A DNA stretch of 63,933 nucleotides, filler included, from Octopus bimaculoides (GCF_001194135.2; 7 parts of 6 records of this genome joined end to end with filler, not necessarily neighbours in it); one strand, 5' to 3'; shown: positions 40,096 to 54,577, numbered from the whole stretch's first letter. Notes: a model not told the origin generated them from the letters alone. Numbers and translations are program-made.

Positions 40096-41452
40096 CATCA
40101 CATGTGTGTGTGTGTATGTGTGTGCATTCAACAGTAAAATTTGGCAGAATACCATCTTTTCTTCTTAGTGGAATGACATCGAGTTGGTGTGATGCCCTGG
40201 TGGTTTTCATGCATGTTCTCCAAAGACATCTATGTAACTTTGCCTGATTTTTGGTATACCAATTCCGTGAAGTCTCTTACCTCATGGGGAAAGAATAGAT
40301 TTTTATTTTTTATATGCTTTTTCACTTTTTCCTTGTTAGTATTTTCGTGTTTCAGACAACGGAGATTACGATATTGAGGTGGGAGAAAGAATCTCTTTTT
40401 AGAAAATTTAATTTCTTTTCCCCCACATTTTTACCAAGCAGCTGGTATCTTGTTACTTTTCCCATGCGACATGGGACTTCGAAAGCTAGTTATTCCGAAA
40501 CTCTGCAGTAACTTTATCCACTAATATAGTCGGGCCCAGTGACGGTGATATTTCGATCATCTCCACTCACAAAGTTATATAACACAATCTCCATTTCCCT
40601 TGTTAATCCTGTCCATACCAGCTCTTTGACCACCACCAAAGTTAGTCGCTGAGATATCTAAACTAAACTTATATCGACTTTAGTTTTAAAGGACTTCAAG
40701 TTTCTAGGTCATATTCTAAGAACTATAGCAATGGACATAAATCGTCTCGCAAGAAGTTCCGTCAATGCTTTGGCATTCACAACAGTTGGTGATATTTTCA
40801 ACTCCTCAGGCAGCAAACCGACGATTTTCATGTCGCAAACCCAGTCTTAAGAGTCAATTGTTAACAAACCAATTCCTTATTTCCATTGAAGAATCTCTTA
40901 ATTGTCCTAATTTCATTAAGAGTAAACCAGGTTTTCTTTTAATACAAGAATATGAAGACATGCTTGTATCGATCGTCTTACCAACCAAAAGCCTTATTTG
41001 CATATTTTATGATTATTATAACGCATATTAAAGTACAACCTTGTGTTTATCACAAGAAAATGTTGTGATGTCTCTGCCTTTTCGAACGTGTTAATTTAAA
41101 TTGGAGATGCCTTTCACCAAGTATTGAGACTGCCTCGTAGATTGTTGAACGTTTACTCCCACCCCTCCAAATCATAAATAATGCTTTCAAATTTGGGTAC
41201 AAGGCCAGCAATTTTAGTGGAGTGGGGGTTACGTCAATTAAATCGATCTCAATGCTTGATTGATACTTTATCGACCCCAAAAGTAAAGTCGACCATGGCA
41301 GATTTAGAACTTAGAACGTAAATAGTCGGAAGAAATGCCGTTATGCATTGTCTGAAGCGCTAACGATTCTGCCCAACACCGTCCAGCATATTATGATTAA
41401 TAATTACAAATCAGCAGGGAGAACCTTTGCATGGTTGCTCGACCCCCTCGAG

Positions 41453-41680
41453 CAGAGATTCTCAACAGGGGTCCATATAAAATTTTGTCGTTAAAATTTA
41501 TCTGCTATAAATCGCTTATACTTCAACAATCGACAACCTATTTGAACACTTCTTCATACAACAATATTTAATCAAATATATAAAGTTTTTAGACATCGAA
41601 TGGCTATCAGGGTCCCTCCCGCCCCAAGTAAAATGGGAATCCAAGGGGTCCATTGGTAAGAAATGGTTGAGAACCACTTC
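41453..41680. mobile_element. Older hAT MITE of the same type
   Basis: cagagattctcaac ... ggttgagaaccact with ggggtcc motifs. No clear TSD. Confidence 0.6.
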
Positions 41681-42479
41681 TCTAGAAATAGCTCTCAAAT
41701 CTCCCTCAAATCAAACCCTGTTATCTTAAGCAATGAAGATGGATAATCTGTTCATCGAACACCTATAAAGAGGAGATAGTCATAACTGGAATACCTGTGA
41801 TTATTATTAGCCCGAACTTTTACCTGGTGCTAAAACGACGTAACGCTTCTGCAATGCCAAATATTGTTGATGTGTGTAGTATAATCGGGTCTGTATACCC
41901 TGGTACGTAATTGGTGATTTGCTTATCTTTCTCGAAAGGGGGGAAATTCAAAGTATGTGAGTTCAAATCGCAAAAGTATGTAATTATTTAGCACAAACTC
42001 ACTACCAATTCCGCCACTTCAATAAGTTCAATCATTTGTGTGGATGTGTTTATCATTGTTTTCACCACCACACCACTGCACTAATTCTGATCTTTCTGTA
42101 CCGAATTATTAGCTGGGCTTCCGGAATGGCTAATTTCATCTTGATATAGAAAATGTAACAAAAAAAAAAAAATTATCATTATTATTATTATTATTATTAT
42201 TATTTCTTTATTGCCCACAAGGGGCTAAACATAGAGGGGACAAACAAGGACAGACAAAGGGATTAAGTCAATTACATCGACCTCAGTGCGTAACTGGTAC
42301 TTATTTAATCGACCCCGAAAGAATTTGAACTCAGAACGTAACGGCAGACGATAATAATAAATAAATAGATAAATAAATAAAAGAAATTTTTTTAAGTGAA
42401 AGAGAAAAGAAAAAAAGTTCCTCCACTCATGCTCTGAATTAAAGTCCCGTGGGAGACGCCTTATACATACAAATATATA

Positions 42480-42531
<52 letters not shown>

Positions 42532-43319
42532 GAACACGACGGCCGCAGACATAACTGTGTTTAAAAGAAGTTCACTTTGTAACAACGTGGTTTTGAGTTC
42601 AAACCGATTGTGCGATACCACGAATGAATATCTTCTATCAGGGCCAGGGACCAGCCAAAGTCTTATGGTTAAAATTTGGTCGGCAGAAACTGTGTCGGAA
42701 CCCTTCTCGTGCTTGTTGAACTTTGCCATCCTATTAGGCACCTCCCGAATACCCACGGGTACCTCAAGCAGATTCCTCTCTCTCTCTGCTGCATTCAAAT
42801 TTCCAGTGAAAGGATTACCTCTTCCCTTCGTTCCAGGTTTTTCGACTCATTAAAGAAATTATTATAAAAATATAAGTACCAGTTATACCCCGAGAACAAT
42901 TCAATTGAGGCTGCCTCGTCCGTGCAAAGATGTAGTCGAGATAAAATATAATGTGGCAGAGAGAGAGAGAGAGAGGCGAACAAGGAATATGAGCGACTGA
43001 TTGAGCAACACTACTTATCATAAAGGGGAAAACTCCTTTCCAAATGAAACTATAGTTGTGATTTTTCATACACACACACACACACACACACAAGCAGACT
43101 GACGCATACATGTACACACAATACAAACAGTTTAAGATATATAGACACACATACACATGTATATATGTATATATATATATATATATGTGTGAGTGTGTGT
43201 GTATACACACACACACACACACACGGCGTTTCGATTCTGCTTCATGAAATCACATCATCTCATTTACTGATCTAAAAATAGACTGCCTTGAACCTAAACG
43301 CGCGCGCACAACACACACA

Positions 43320-43800
43320 AAACGAGTTCAAATCCCGTAGAAATCAACTTTGTCCCATCATTTCAGGGTCGATAGAATAAATTACAAGACAATTAGCGAT
43401 GTTGATGACATCGACTAATCCCCTCCCCTCAAAATCGATGGCCTTGTGCCAAATTTTGAAAGAGTTATTAGTATTATTATTATTATGATGTGCTGGCCGA
43501 ATCATTAGCACTCCAAACAAAATGCTTAGCGGCATTTCGTTCGTCTTTAGGCTCTGAGTTCAAATCCCGCTGAGCTCTAATTTGCCTTTCATCTTTTTGG
43601 TGTCGATAAAATAAGTACCAGTTGAACACTGAGGTCAATGTAATAGACTTGCCATTATCCAGAGCTTGCTGGCCTTGTGCCAAAACCTGAAAAAAAAAAA
43701 AAAAAAAAANNNNNNNNNNNNNNNNNNNNNNNNNNNNNNNNNNNNNNNNNNNNNNNNNNNNNNNNNNNNNNNNNNNNNNNNNNCACCACCATCATCATCA

Positions 43801-43831
<31 letters not shown>

Positions 43832-44330
43832 GGCGGTAAGCTGGCAGAACTGTTAGCACGCCGGGCAAAGTGCTTAGCGGCATTTCACTCGCCATTACGT
43901 TCGGCGTTCAAATTCCGCCGAGATCGACAAGTCTCTTCGCTCCAAATTTCAGGCTTTTTGCCTAAAGCAGGAAGAATTATTATTATTATTGTGGCGTGCT
44001 GGCTGTATCTTCAGAGCATCGGGAATGTGTTCAGTGGAATTTCTTCTCACTTTCTATGTTCTCAGGGCAACTTTGGTTTTCATTCTTTTCGGGGGTCGAT
44101 AAAATGAAGAACTTGTCAAGTGCTGGGGTCAATATAATCGACGATTCTGTAACATTTATGCTATTCAAGAAAACACCATACAACGTTATATCCTTTCTCC
44201 TTTACGTTCTGAGTTCAGATCCCGTTGAGAGATTTATCGTCATCGTAGTAACTTATCTCCCTACCTTACATCTTCCAATGTTGATAAAAATCAAGTACTA
44301 GTCATTCACTGGGTTTGATATACATAATTC
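43320..44330 (+). mobile_element. Head-to-tail cluster of about four related SINE copies separated by (ATT)n tails
   Basis: Repeated gagttcaaatcc / aaataagtaccag / ggccttgtgccaaa motifs at about 43325, 43490, 43832 and 44000. Confidence 0.75.
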
Positions 44331-46219
44331 TAACTGCCCACCAAGATATATGACGGTGTGTTTATACTAGAAGCCAATAAATTTGGTGGGGTATAGAAGA
44401 TACATAAGGGGGGGGGGGAGAATATTTCTTGATTACAGGAGTTGATAGCTTTTCAGAATATTGGCAAATGTTTTGATATATTATAAAGCTTTGCCTTGTG
44501 AGTCCAAATATATCCAGAGTCGATAACTGAAATACCAGTTATATATTGTGGATACGCCAATGAAGTCAATCACACGTTTCAGTCGTGACACAGTGCATCA
44601 TTTTTCTTCTTTATATCTGCCGTATCGTGCGATGTGCTGACTTTGCTAAGACGGTTGGTTGACTTGAGCGATCTCATCTTTAAAGACAACTGGGGAAAAC
44701 AATGCACTTGTTTCAGTTTAATTGCGCCTCTTCAGTGAAGCATATTATACTCAATCGATTAAATTTAATAATGATCAATACACGCGCGCACGCGCGCACA
44801 CACGTGCCTTATAATGGACGGCACACATTTCAAATAAGTATCTAGGACTGGGACAATATATATAAAACATAACCAAGACCACCAGTTCCATTATCATTAA
44901 ACACACTCTCTCTCTCTCTCTCATATATATATAATGTTTAACCGTTAATCTCGACACATGTTTTTCTTTCTTAATTCTTTTCCCCTCTCATCGAGTGTAG
45001 ACTCGAAACGTCAAAGATTTTTCCATTCTTCCAGAACGTCAAACTAATACGCCTGCTTGTTGCTCCCTCACATGTCTTTGTCTTTTGTTTTCTGTACATT
45101 TGAACCGAGAACATTATTTTTCTTGGTGGTTGGGTCGTTGATGACCTCTTTCTTGCATATTGGATGTCCACCAAGTGGTCATCCCTTCTTATACACATGT
45201 AATACAATTTTTCTGAATTTTTCAGATTTTTTTATATGCTAGGCTACTTGGTTTTAAATTGAATTGATATTCAATTTATCACCCTCTATATATAAATAGT
45301 AATTTATATATATATATATATATATATACATACACACACACACACATCGCACAAGCACGCACGCACATATGTATACCTACACACACTTCTGGGGAATATG
45401 TATCGATATTGAGAATACAGAATACATCACTTGTTCATTGAGTACACTTTTGTATGAGTATATACAGAGTACACTGTACTATATCTGTATTCATATAACT
45501 TGATATTTCTCACATGTGATATGTGAATTGAATAAAGACTATGTAACACGATTTTTCCCCTTGGGTAGCAACTGTTATTTCTTATTTGCTTACCTCTAGA
45601 AAGTATGAAAAATGGTTAATATTTTCTTCAAACTTTGCTTTTGTGACATTTATTAAAATCCCAAAGAATCTCTTTCAACACATGGCTATGATGCTCACCT
45701 ACTACTCCTGCTCAGAGATGCACATATAGTCGGCCACCAAGAGATATTCTCAAGTGGTTAAGATCAAGCAAATGACAAGCAGATCTGTGGTATTAAGCAG
45801 AATATTTGTTATGATATTTCTGCTTCAGCAACTGAGAGCTGCATGTTTGAAATGTAATAGAAAATAGGTCAGTTTCAAAACATTGATGTCCAGGTCACTA
45901 AAGCAAAGTTTGAAGGGAAGAGTATTCATTTCCTTTGATTTCTAGATAGAAGCAAACAGGAAATAACATACCAAAAAAAAAAAAGAAAAAAATTATAAAT
46001 AAACAAATAGTAGTTTTGTTTCACAGTGTTATGAAATTAATAAACCAAAACATGTGTATGTGTGTGAACATCCGTCCTATTTCCTCTCAACTGCACAGAC
46101 CAATTAACTAACTTTAGCACCAGTTTCTGGGTCGGTCACTTGCAACAAAGACTGGTGTCATGTCGTTGAGGGTTAGTTTCTGCTGCGGCTTCATTTCATG
46201 ATAAAGGAATCAACTATAT

Positions 46220-46615
46220 CAGAGGTTTTCAAACTTTTTGACTTGCGGACCCCTTTATATTTCAGGCTTTACCTTATGGACCCCCTTATAAACACTTGTG
46301 AAATTTATACATAAATATTTGCTTAAAATAACATATATTTTTACATTTATTTATTTAACAGTATTTAACAAATAGGTTTATTGTCAATTAAAAGATTTCG
46401 ATTAAAAAAANNNNNNNNNNTTAAAATAACATATATTTTTACATTTATTTATTTAACAGTATTTAACAAATAGGTTTATTGTCAATTAAAAGATTTCGAT
46501 TAAAAAAACATATATAAAATCAAATTGCCCATAAAAAGTATTTGCTGTCCACGGACCCCCTGTCTTATCCTTGCGGACCCCCTGTGGTCCGCGGACCACA
46601 GTTTGAAAACCCCTG
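46220..46615. mobile_element. hAT (Charlie-like) MITE with TIRs and 8-bp TSD
   Basis: CAGAGGTTTTCAAACT ... AGTTTGAAAACCCCTG, with TSD AACTATAT at 46212-46219 and 46616-46623. The internal duplication around the 10-N gap is probably an artifact. Confidence 0.9.
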
Positions 46616-47421
46616 AACTATATTAATCAAACATTCCCTGTATGTATTGCCTATTTCAACAGCAAGACAGAATATTATATCTTAAAATATATTGTTATTG
46701 TTGTCGGTACGAGGTGTATCTCTGGTTGTTTAAAATATATAACTTTAGTGAGGACTATTTAATAAAGTCTTTTTTTTTTAATATCAAAGAAAAAAATTTG
46801 ATCTTGTCATATGTAATTATACCTCAAGACCACACTCCAACGGAGAGGCCTCTAATGTGGTTACTTGATTGCTAGAAACAAGCAGTTACCTGATCTTGAT
46901 TAATAAAAACAACAGTCAAATCACACTACCTACGTAAAAATAGTCGTGTGTGTGTGTGTGTGTGTGTGTGTCCAGCCCGCCTAGCTAGCGGGGTAGCATC
47001 ATTCAAAAGCTACCACAATGCGGGTAAGCGCATTGTGATCAGCGGTGTGCAACAACCTCCGATAGTCTGGTCAATACAGTGATTTATGTTACTGGTAACA
47101 CCAAGAAAAAGAAGGTGCTACTTTTCCACTCACCGAAGGGAAAAGGGCTATGGCCAGGAGGAATCCAATTATGAACGGGTATTTTGACCCCCGACCCTCC
47201 CATTAGTGGTCAGCAGAGGTGGCCAAATCACTGCTCATCATCTTCTGGGTTGCAGTTTATATATATATATATATATATACAAGAATAAGGGCAGAGAATC
47301 GTCAATTAATAATAGAATTAATAATTAACAATAATTAACAATTCTGCCAAGTAGTTCTTTGACTGCTATTTCTAAATTTTCAGTATGTTGGAGAAGCAAC
47401 TCAATTGCTAATCCCTGTATA

Positions 47422-47468
<47 letters not shown>

Positions 47469-48589
47469 CAAGAATGGACAATCACAATTTAGTGCAACAT
47501 AGGTTTCAGAAGCTATCCATTGATTATTTGTGTATTACATCATATATGCATAAACTAGAATTTTACCCATAATATAAAGAAAGTCGTTGGGAATATATTT
47601 TTGCCCTGATTGTAATATCAGTTAATGTTACATACATACAATAATTCTATCAAACAATGTTACAATACTTATAATTTTACCGCTTGAAAATTCCATGGTG
47701 GAATATATATACTTATGAATCTAAGACTAATTTCCAAAATTAAGAGTAATTAAAGTAAAAATAAATTAAAACGAATTTCTCATTTGCATATATGAAATAT
47801 GCTAACAGTAATATTGGTTTTTGATTTAGGTACAAGGCAAGAAAATTTGAGGGAAGGGTGCTAGACGATTACAACGATCTCAGTACTTGAATGGCACTTT
47901 ATTTGATCGACCTCGAAATGATAAAAGGCAAAAGTTGGCAGAAACGGGATTTGAAATCGGGATGTCGGAAGAAATGCCGGATGACAGTTTTTGCAGACGC
48001 TCTAACGATTCTGCCAGCGCACTGCTGTTTATGTTACCATTAATAAAAATCCTTTGTTATAGGCACAAGGCCTGAAAGTTTGGGGAGGCGAAAGCCAATG
48101 TAATCGATTCCGGTGCATGACTAATACTTATTTTATCGACCCCGAAAGAATGAACGGCAAAGTCGACCTCGGTGAAATTGAACTCGAAACCTAAAAACTG
48201 GCGAAATACCGCTAAGCATTCCTGATACTACCAATAATCGTACAAGTATCTTCCCAAAGTTACCTGTTGATGTAACTAAACCACTAGATTGGGATAAATC
48301 CATTAAGAAGATCAAAGTAAATTTTTCTCTTTGAAGGACGGACAAACAGAGAGAGATGGGGACGCACTGCCAATTCTATTGATAGCGAAGGATCTGTGGT
48401 GGCTGGAACATCATTGACTAATAGTCTGATCTGTCAGTTAAAGAATAGTTGTTTGGTGAATATGTTATTGGCAGGAATGTAGTACTAGCGAATCTAAAGA
48501 CCCAATATTCAGTGATGTCACGATGTTCACACTTTTCCCTTGAACTAACTGAAAAAAAATGATCAGCATTTTTTTTCCATTTCATAGTT

Positions 48590-48631
<42 letters not shown>

Positions 48632-48731
48632 NNNNNNNNNNNNNNNNNNNNNNNNNNNNNNNNNNNNNNNNNNNNTTAATTAATTAANNNNNNNNNNNNN
48701 NNNNNNNNNNNNNNNNNNNNNNNNNNNNNNN

Positions 48732-48985
48732 ATATCTATTTCCTTGGTAAAGCCGTGTACTGTCTGTAGTAGTGTTTCTAGCTCTTTGTCATTTTTTGCA
48801 TATAATATTAGGTCATCCATATATAAAAGGTGGCTGACTGTTTTTCCGTAGCATTTGTAACCGCATCCAGTTCTATTTAGCAATTCAGTTAAAGGTGTGA
48901 GTGCGAGGCAGGACAGGAGTGGAGATAGCGTGTCTCCCTGGAATATTCCTCTTCTAATGGGGATGGCTTTCGTTTTCACAAGTCC
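48732..48985 (-). mobile_element. R4/Dong-like non-LTR retrotransposon RT fragment
   Basis: IRRGIFQGDTLSPLLSCLALTPL...SHLLYMDDLILYAK contains the QGD..SP and YMDD motifs. It begins next to an (AAT)n tract. Confidence 0.9.
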
Positions 48986-48988
48986 CTC

Positions 48989-49058
<70 letters not shown>

Positions 49059-49079
49059 TATTATCATTATTATTATTCC

Positions 49080-49600
49080 TTCGTAACACAGTGTAGGTAA
49101 AAATGCACCAGAGTCTTTAGTCATCTCTTGAGTCACAACAAGGACTTCAGATAGATAGTACTTTCCTTAAGATGTGCACTGTGCCCAATAAGGCTGCCTT
49201 TTGCAAGACATCAATCTTGCATGGGATTTCCAGTTGCCTTAAGAAGTTTTGAAGTTTGAATGAGATTGAGCGAAATGCTCCGATCATCACTGGTATCACT
49301 TTTATATTACTCTCTTGTACAGTCTTGTCATTTCCACTTTCCATTCGGAGTACTTGATGATTTTTTTTCAACCTCTTTACTCACAACATTCGTGTGATTT
49401 GGTACTTCCCTGAATTGGTAACGACAGTCTGGACGTGTGCAGCAATGATCAAACTTTCAGGGGTACGCTTCAGATCGACTCACTCAAGCCATGCCCACGA
49501 TGCTGTATTATCCATAACGTCCTAGGTATTCCTTTCAAACTGTCCATGCATTCTCATTTCAAGAAGGTCCTCTTTCCTATTCTTTTTTTCTCTTCTCCTC
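49080..49600 (-). mobile_element. R4/Dong-like 3' fragment with internal deletion
   Basis: MHGQFER...SWAWL...ESLIIAA, followed by KVIPVMIGA...LQKAALLGTVHILRKVLSI*. Flanked by (AAT)n tracts on both sides. Confidence 0.8.
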
Positions 49601-49654
49601 AGCTCTTTGGTTAAACTATTCCTTGCCCATCATTTTTATCTGCATTTACACCCA

Positions 49655-49686
<32 letters not shown>

Positions 49687-49727
49687 GTATTAGTATTAGT
49701 ATTATTATTATTAGTAGTAGTAGTATT

Positions 49728-49793
<66 letters not shown>

Positions 49794-51933
49794 TGCACTA
49801 CGTATTAAAAAATAATGGGAAAAGCATTTCGGTAAAAAAAAAAGAAGAGAAGAAAAGTTTTGAAAATTTTCGAATTTTTCAAACCCCTCTCCACTCAGCA
49901 CTTATTTAGACCATTTTTTCCGTTTTTGCACTATGCCCTTAAAAACGATGGGAGAAGGCTTAAAGCTTAAAATAATATTTTGGAATTTGACGATCAAAAT
50001 TACAAAACAGAAAATGAAGCGTAAACAAATAATGAAAGCATTTATAATTTCTCATTACTGATACTCCTACATAAATCCTAAAATTTCGTCCTTTTTCGAA
50101 GCATTTTCAAATTATAATTTTAAAATACAGACGATCCGAATCTGCAGTTTGTTACTATTTATAATTAATTTATCTGTTGTTTCCAGCACATCCAAGTATA
50201 TCATAAAGGGAATGATATAATCTCTACAATTTCTAGCCTCAGTCAGCATGATTACATTTCTGACAAATTCAAAATAGGTATGCATATATATACATGGTAT
50301 ACTATACTATATAACATTATAATGTACTATATTATATATATTATATTATATTATATTGTATTATATCATATCATATTATATATTGCATACTATATCTAAA
50401 AAGCTTGAGAATTAGTTTCTTATACGATTGGGTGGTGAAATACAAATCATAATAAATTCTTCATATAATAAGATGTGAAAAAGGCTCTACTTTATTAAGA
50501 ACTTTCATCACTTTGTCACGTGAGCGGGCCAAAAATATCATGAAAAATATAGACCTGGTAAATTAGCAGATTCAGATAAATAAATCGATATACACTTTTA
50601 GTGACATTGGAACAGGCTATTCGGAAGTCTCCAACGAGAATGTGAAGACGACTTAGTTAAACGATTTCAGCTACAATGGAAAAGCATTTAGAAATCGTGA
50701 AAACATATCGTGAAAATATATACAGGAGATATATACAGGAAACAAAGAACCTGCGGATTCAGAGATTACCATTTTTTATGCAACCACCCATATAACACCA
50801 TCTTCAACTGAGTCCACTTGAAAACGGCTTCCAAGATATTAGAAGTATTTTAGCCAGCAAAGCTATAAAGTCTATGGTTGATAAGCGCACTTGGATAGAC
50901 AAAGTATCAGAGTTTTAAAATACAGATTTTAAATCCGAATTTGCAATTTGTTTCTATTTATAATTTCAAAATGACTTTCAAATTAAAAAGTGTGTGATTT
51001 ACAGTTGATTCATCTGTTGTTTCTATCACATCCAAACTATATCATAAAGGAAATGATATAATCTCTATATTTTCTAGTCTCAGTCAGCATGATTACATTT
51101 CTGACCAATTCAAAATAGGTAGTGTATCTTAAAGTGATATGTGTATACATATATATACATAAGCTATATAATATAACATTGAATCATATTATGTTATATT
51201 ATATCATATTATAATATATTATATCATATTATATTATAGTATATTATATTATATTATATTATATTATATTATATTATATTATATCATAGTATATTATCTT
51301 AAACGACAGCGATAATCTATGCAGCAAAAGTCTAATTTAAATACAAAATCAAGAAAATATATATCAAAATATAAAATGGAATGGCCAAAACAACTTTAAA
51401 AAAATAATTGTCAACCCTTTATCGCCCCGATAGTGAAAACTAATTGAAAAGGTAGAGACAGAAACACAGTAATATAATATATCAAAGAAGAAAGAAGTGT
51501 ATGTAGGAACTTCTTAAGTAACTGATGGTTGATAGATCGCAAATCGAAGCGATAATGATTCGGACCGCGGAAAATGTGACTTTATTACGTCCTATAAAAG
51601 TCTCTTCACTCTACTTGTATATCTACTCGAAATGGTATGGAGCTTGCAGCCGCTTCTCCAATATTTTGTTGAAGATCTGGAATCCTACAATTTTTCCCAT
51701 TGAATGACCTCCGTTTTATTATTTAAACAGATCTTATCTCCATTGAAGATTATTAAATACTGTTCACTATCCTATACATAATAAGAAGCAACGCGTGACC
51801 GACGGGTCTCGCATCACCGTGAAAGCGTAGAAAATCCTACTTAAGTGGAGAGTGCTATTTCGAAAACCCGCCAAGCGTCCTGTCATGGAAATTATACGAC
51901 GATGTCGAGATGCGCAGCTAATCTGCACGTGTA

Positions 51934-52036
<103 letters not shown>

Positions 52037-53078
52037 ATGTTTATATATATATATGTGTTTAAAGAAATATAGATGTAGGTAAAAAAATAGAATGATATAG
52101 ATACAGATATGTTTGTTTTGTGTATTTACATATATCCATGTGGATACGTAAACTTCATACATACCATAGAATATGTAGAATAAACTATTTGTCGATGCTA
52201 CAATTACAGAGGCACAAATCAGTGTGCACTGACTGGTGTGAAAAAACCTTGTTTGCTCAAGATCAGGTGGGCCTCCATCAACATCATNNNNNNNNNNNNN
52301 NNNNNNNNNNNNNNNNNNATTACATTGTATCATTGCTTATGTATATTCTACAGAGCTTCTGTGCGTTTGACTACATACATACATACATACATACATACAT
52401 ACACACATACATACATACATACATACATACATACATACATACATGCATACATACATACATACATGCTGTTGTGTCGATGCCCCCAGGCGAAGAAGTAGAA
52501 TCTCCCAAGACATATAAATAGAGGTACTCTAGCCGTGGTAGGTGCGTTAAGTAGCAGTCGAGTAGCAGTTGTGTAGAGATCATCCGAAGGTGCTGGATAG
52601 CAGTAGCTTGAGACATAACACANNNNNNNNNNATGTAGAATAAACTATTTGTCGATGCTACAATTACAGAGGCACAAATCAGTGTGCACTGACTGGTGTG
52701 AAAAAACCTTGTTTGCTCAAGATCAGGTGGGCCTCCATCAACATCATCTTGGGAAGATTACATTGTATCATTGCTTATGTATATTCTACAGAGCTTCTGT
52801 GCGTTTGACTACATACATACATACATACATACATACATACACACATACATACATACATACATACATACATACATACATACATGCATACATACATACATAC
52901 ATGCTGTTGTGTCGATGCCCCCAGGCGAAGAAGTAGAATCTCNNNNNNNNNNNNNNNNNNNNNNNNNNNNNNNNNNNNNNNNNNNNNNNNNNNNNNNNNN
53001 NNNNNNNNNNNNNNNNNATACGAAAACGTAAGCGGACAAGACATTTAAAATCACCTAAAAAAAAAACACATTATTAAA

Positions 53079-53135
53079 CAGGGACCGGTTTCGGATTTAA
53101 CGAATCTTACCGATTGTTTATTCCTCTTCAGCCTG
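53079..53135 (-). ncRNA. Minimal type I hammerhead ribozyme with palindromic stem III
   Basis: Minus strand reads CAGG CTGAAGA GGA(N26)TCC GAA ACCGGT C CCTG. The core is perfect, stem I is CAGG/CCTG, and ACCGGT is self-complementary. Confidence 0.85.
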
Positions 53136-53186
53136 ATTTGTAATGTAACCGCAATCATCAGAATCGTATACATACATACATACATG

Positions 53187-53264
<78 letters not shown>

Positions 53265-54215
53265 TTTGTGTTTCCTTATGTGTGTATTTGTATTTAGTTC
53301 TTGTTTGTGAGTAGCAGTTGTATATTACGTGTCATATCAACATGGTTGTAACGTTTTGCATGAATTTCATGCAAATTAGAATGTAACGAGTTTCAATCTA
53401 TCTATTCTACCAGACATATGCCGTGGAATATAATTTAGGAATTAGACTAGAACTAAACTTATACAAATGCAAACACCTTATCTCAATACATTTACATTAA
53501 CAAATATACGACAATCTTTCTCGAAACTTGAATTAAATAAAATTCTATTCTCGGTCTTTTTGTTGTTAAGCAAACATATGTATATTAAATATAACTATGT
53601 TTTTCAGGTTATAAGTAATAATAGCCACGAGTTGGTATTCTTTGATTGGCGAAAATTTGTGAGGACATGGCCTCCTGAAGCGTAAACTGAGCTAATTTCT
53701 AGTCTCCAGTATAATGCTCTTTACATTTAGGGTACCGATCTAACATCGAGGTCCTCGAAGTTTACCACTATCTATAGAACTAAACTATTTGGTAAAAAAA
53801 AAAAAATGCAATTCCATACGATCTGGATTGAGTGAATAACGTGTGCACCTCGTAATCAGTCAGGAAAACCCGAATATCATAGTTATATTTAAATTACATA
53901 TTTTTGCTTAACAACCTAAGTACCGAGAATAGAACTTTATTTCGTGGTCAGTCACTGATAATTTTATTAATTAAGGCTTCGAGAAAGAGTGTCATATATT
54001 TGTTAATGCAAATGTATTGAGATAATGTATTTGCATTTGTATAATCTTTGCTCAAGTTTAATTTCTAAATTATATTCCACGGCATATGTTTGCTAGAATA
54101 TTCTAATTTGCATGAAATCCAATTAAAACTTTACAGACATGTAGATATGACTTGTAATGTACAACTGCTACTCACAAAGAAGAACTAGATACAAATACAC
54201 GCATAAAGGAACAAA
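53265..54215. mobile_element. Foldback-type element with about 335-bp inverted arms
   Basis: 53265-53599 is an imperfect reverse complement of 53878-54215 (e.g. catatgccgtggaatataatttag / ctaaattatattccacggcatatg). A further arm copy lies at about 57350-57485. Confidence 0.75.
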
Positions 54216-54577
54216 GAAGTTTTCGGTTTTTTTCGAAACATTTTAAAATTAAAGTTTAAAACTAAGACGCTCCGAATCTGCAATTTGTTTATATTTATAA
54301 TTCCGAATAACTTTCAGACGAAAATGTGTGTAATTTAAGGTAGATTTGACTGTTGTTTCTAGCACATCCAAACTATATCATAAAGAGAATGAGATAATCT
54401 CTATAATTTGTAGTTTCAGACAGTAAGAGTACATTTCTGACAAATTCATACATAATACGTGGTGTATGTTGAAGTGATATGTGTATGCATATATGTATAT
54501 GCGTGTGTGTGTATATATATGTACAAATTGGCTGATATTTAGCAAGGTGAGACACACATAAGAACGAAGGAAACAAA

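Noticed and set aside
44986-45017. CTCATCGAG-TGTAGA-CTC-GAAACGTC
   Set aside because: The 5' core needs at least two or three changes and stem I does not pair.
46320-46510. Internal direct repeat in the hAT MITE
   Set aside because: The copies are identical on either side of a 10-N gap, so this is an assembly artifact.
52173-52945. Near-identical duplication of about 310 bp (from 52173 and from 52633)
   Set aside because: The copies flank a 9-N gap, typical of unmerged contig overlap.
53731-53777. Possible USP exon 2: tttag|GG TAC CGA TCT AAC ATC gives W-Y-R-S-N-I
   Set aside because: It resembles the expected continuation, but hits an in-frame TAG after 15 codons, has no good donor and lies in the foldback spacer. 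Probably chance; RNA-seq would settle it.
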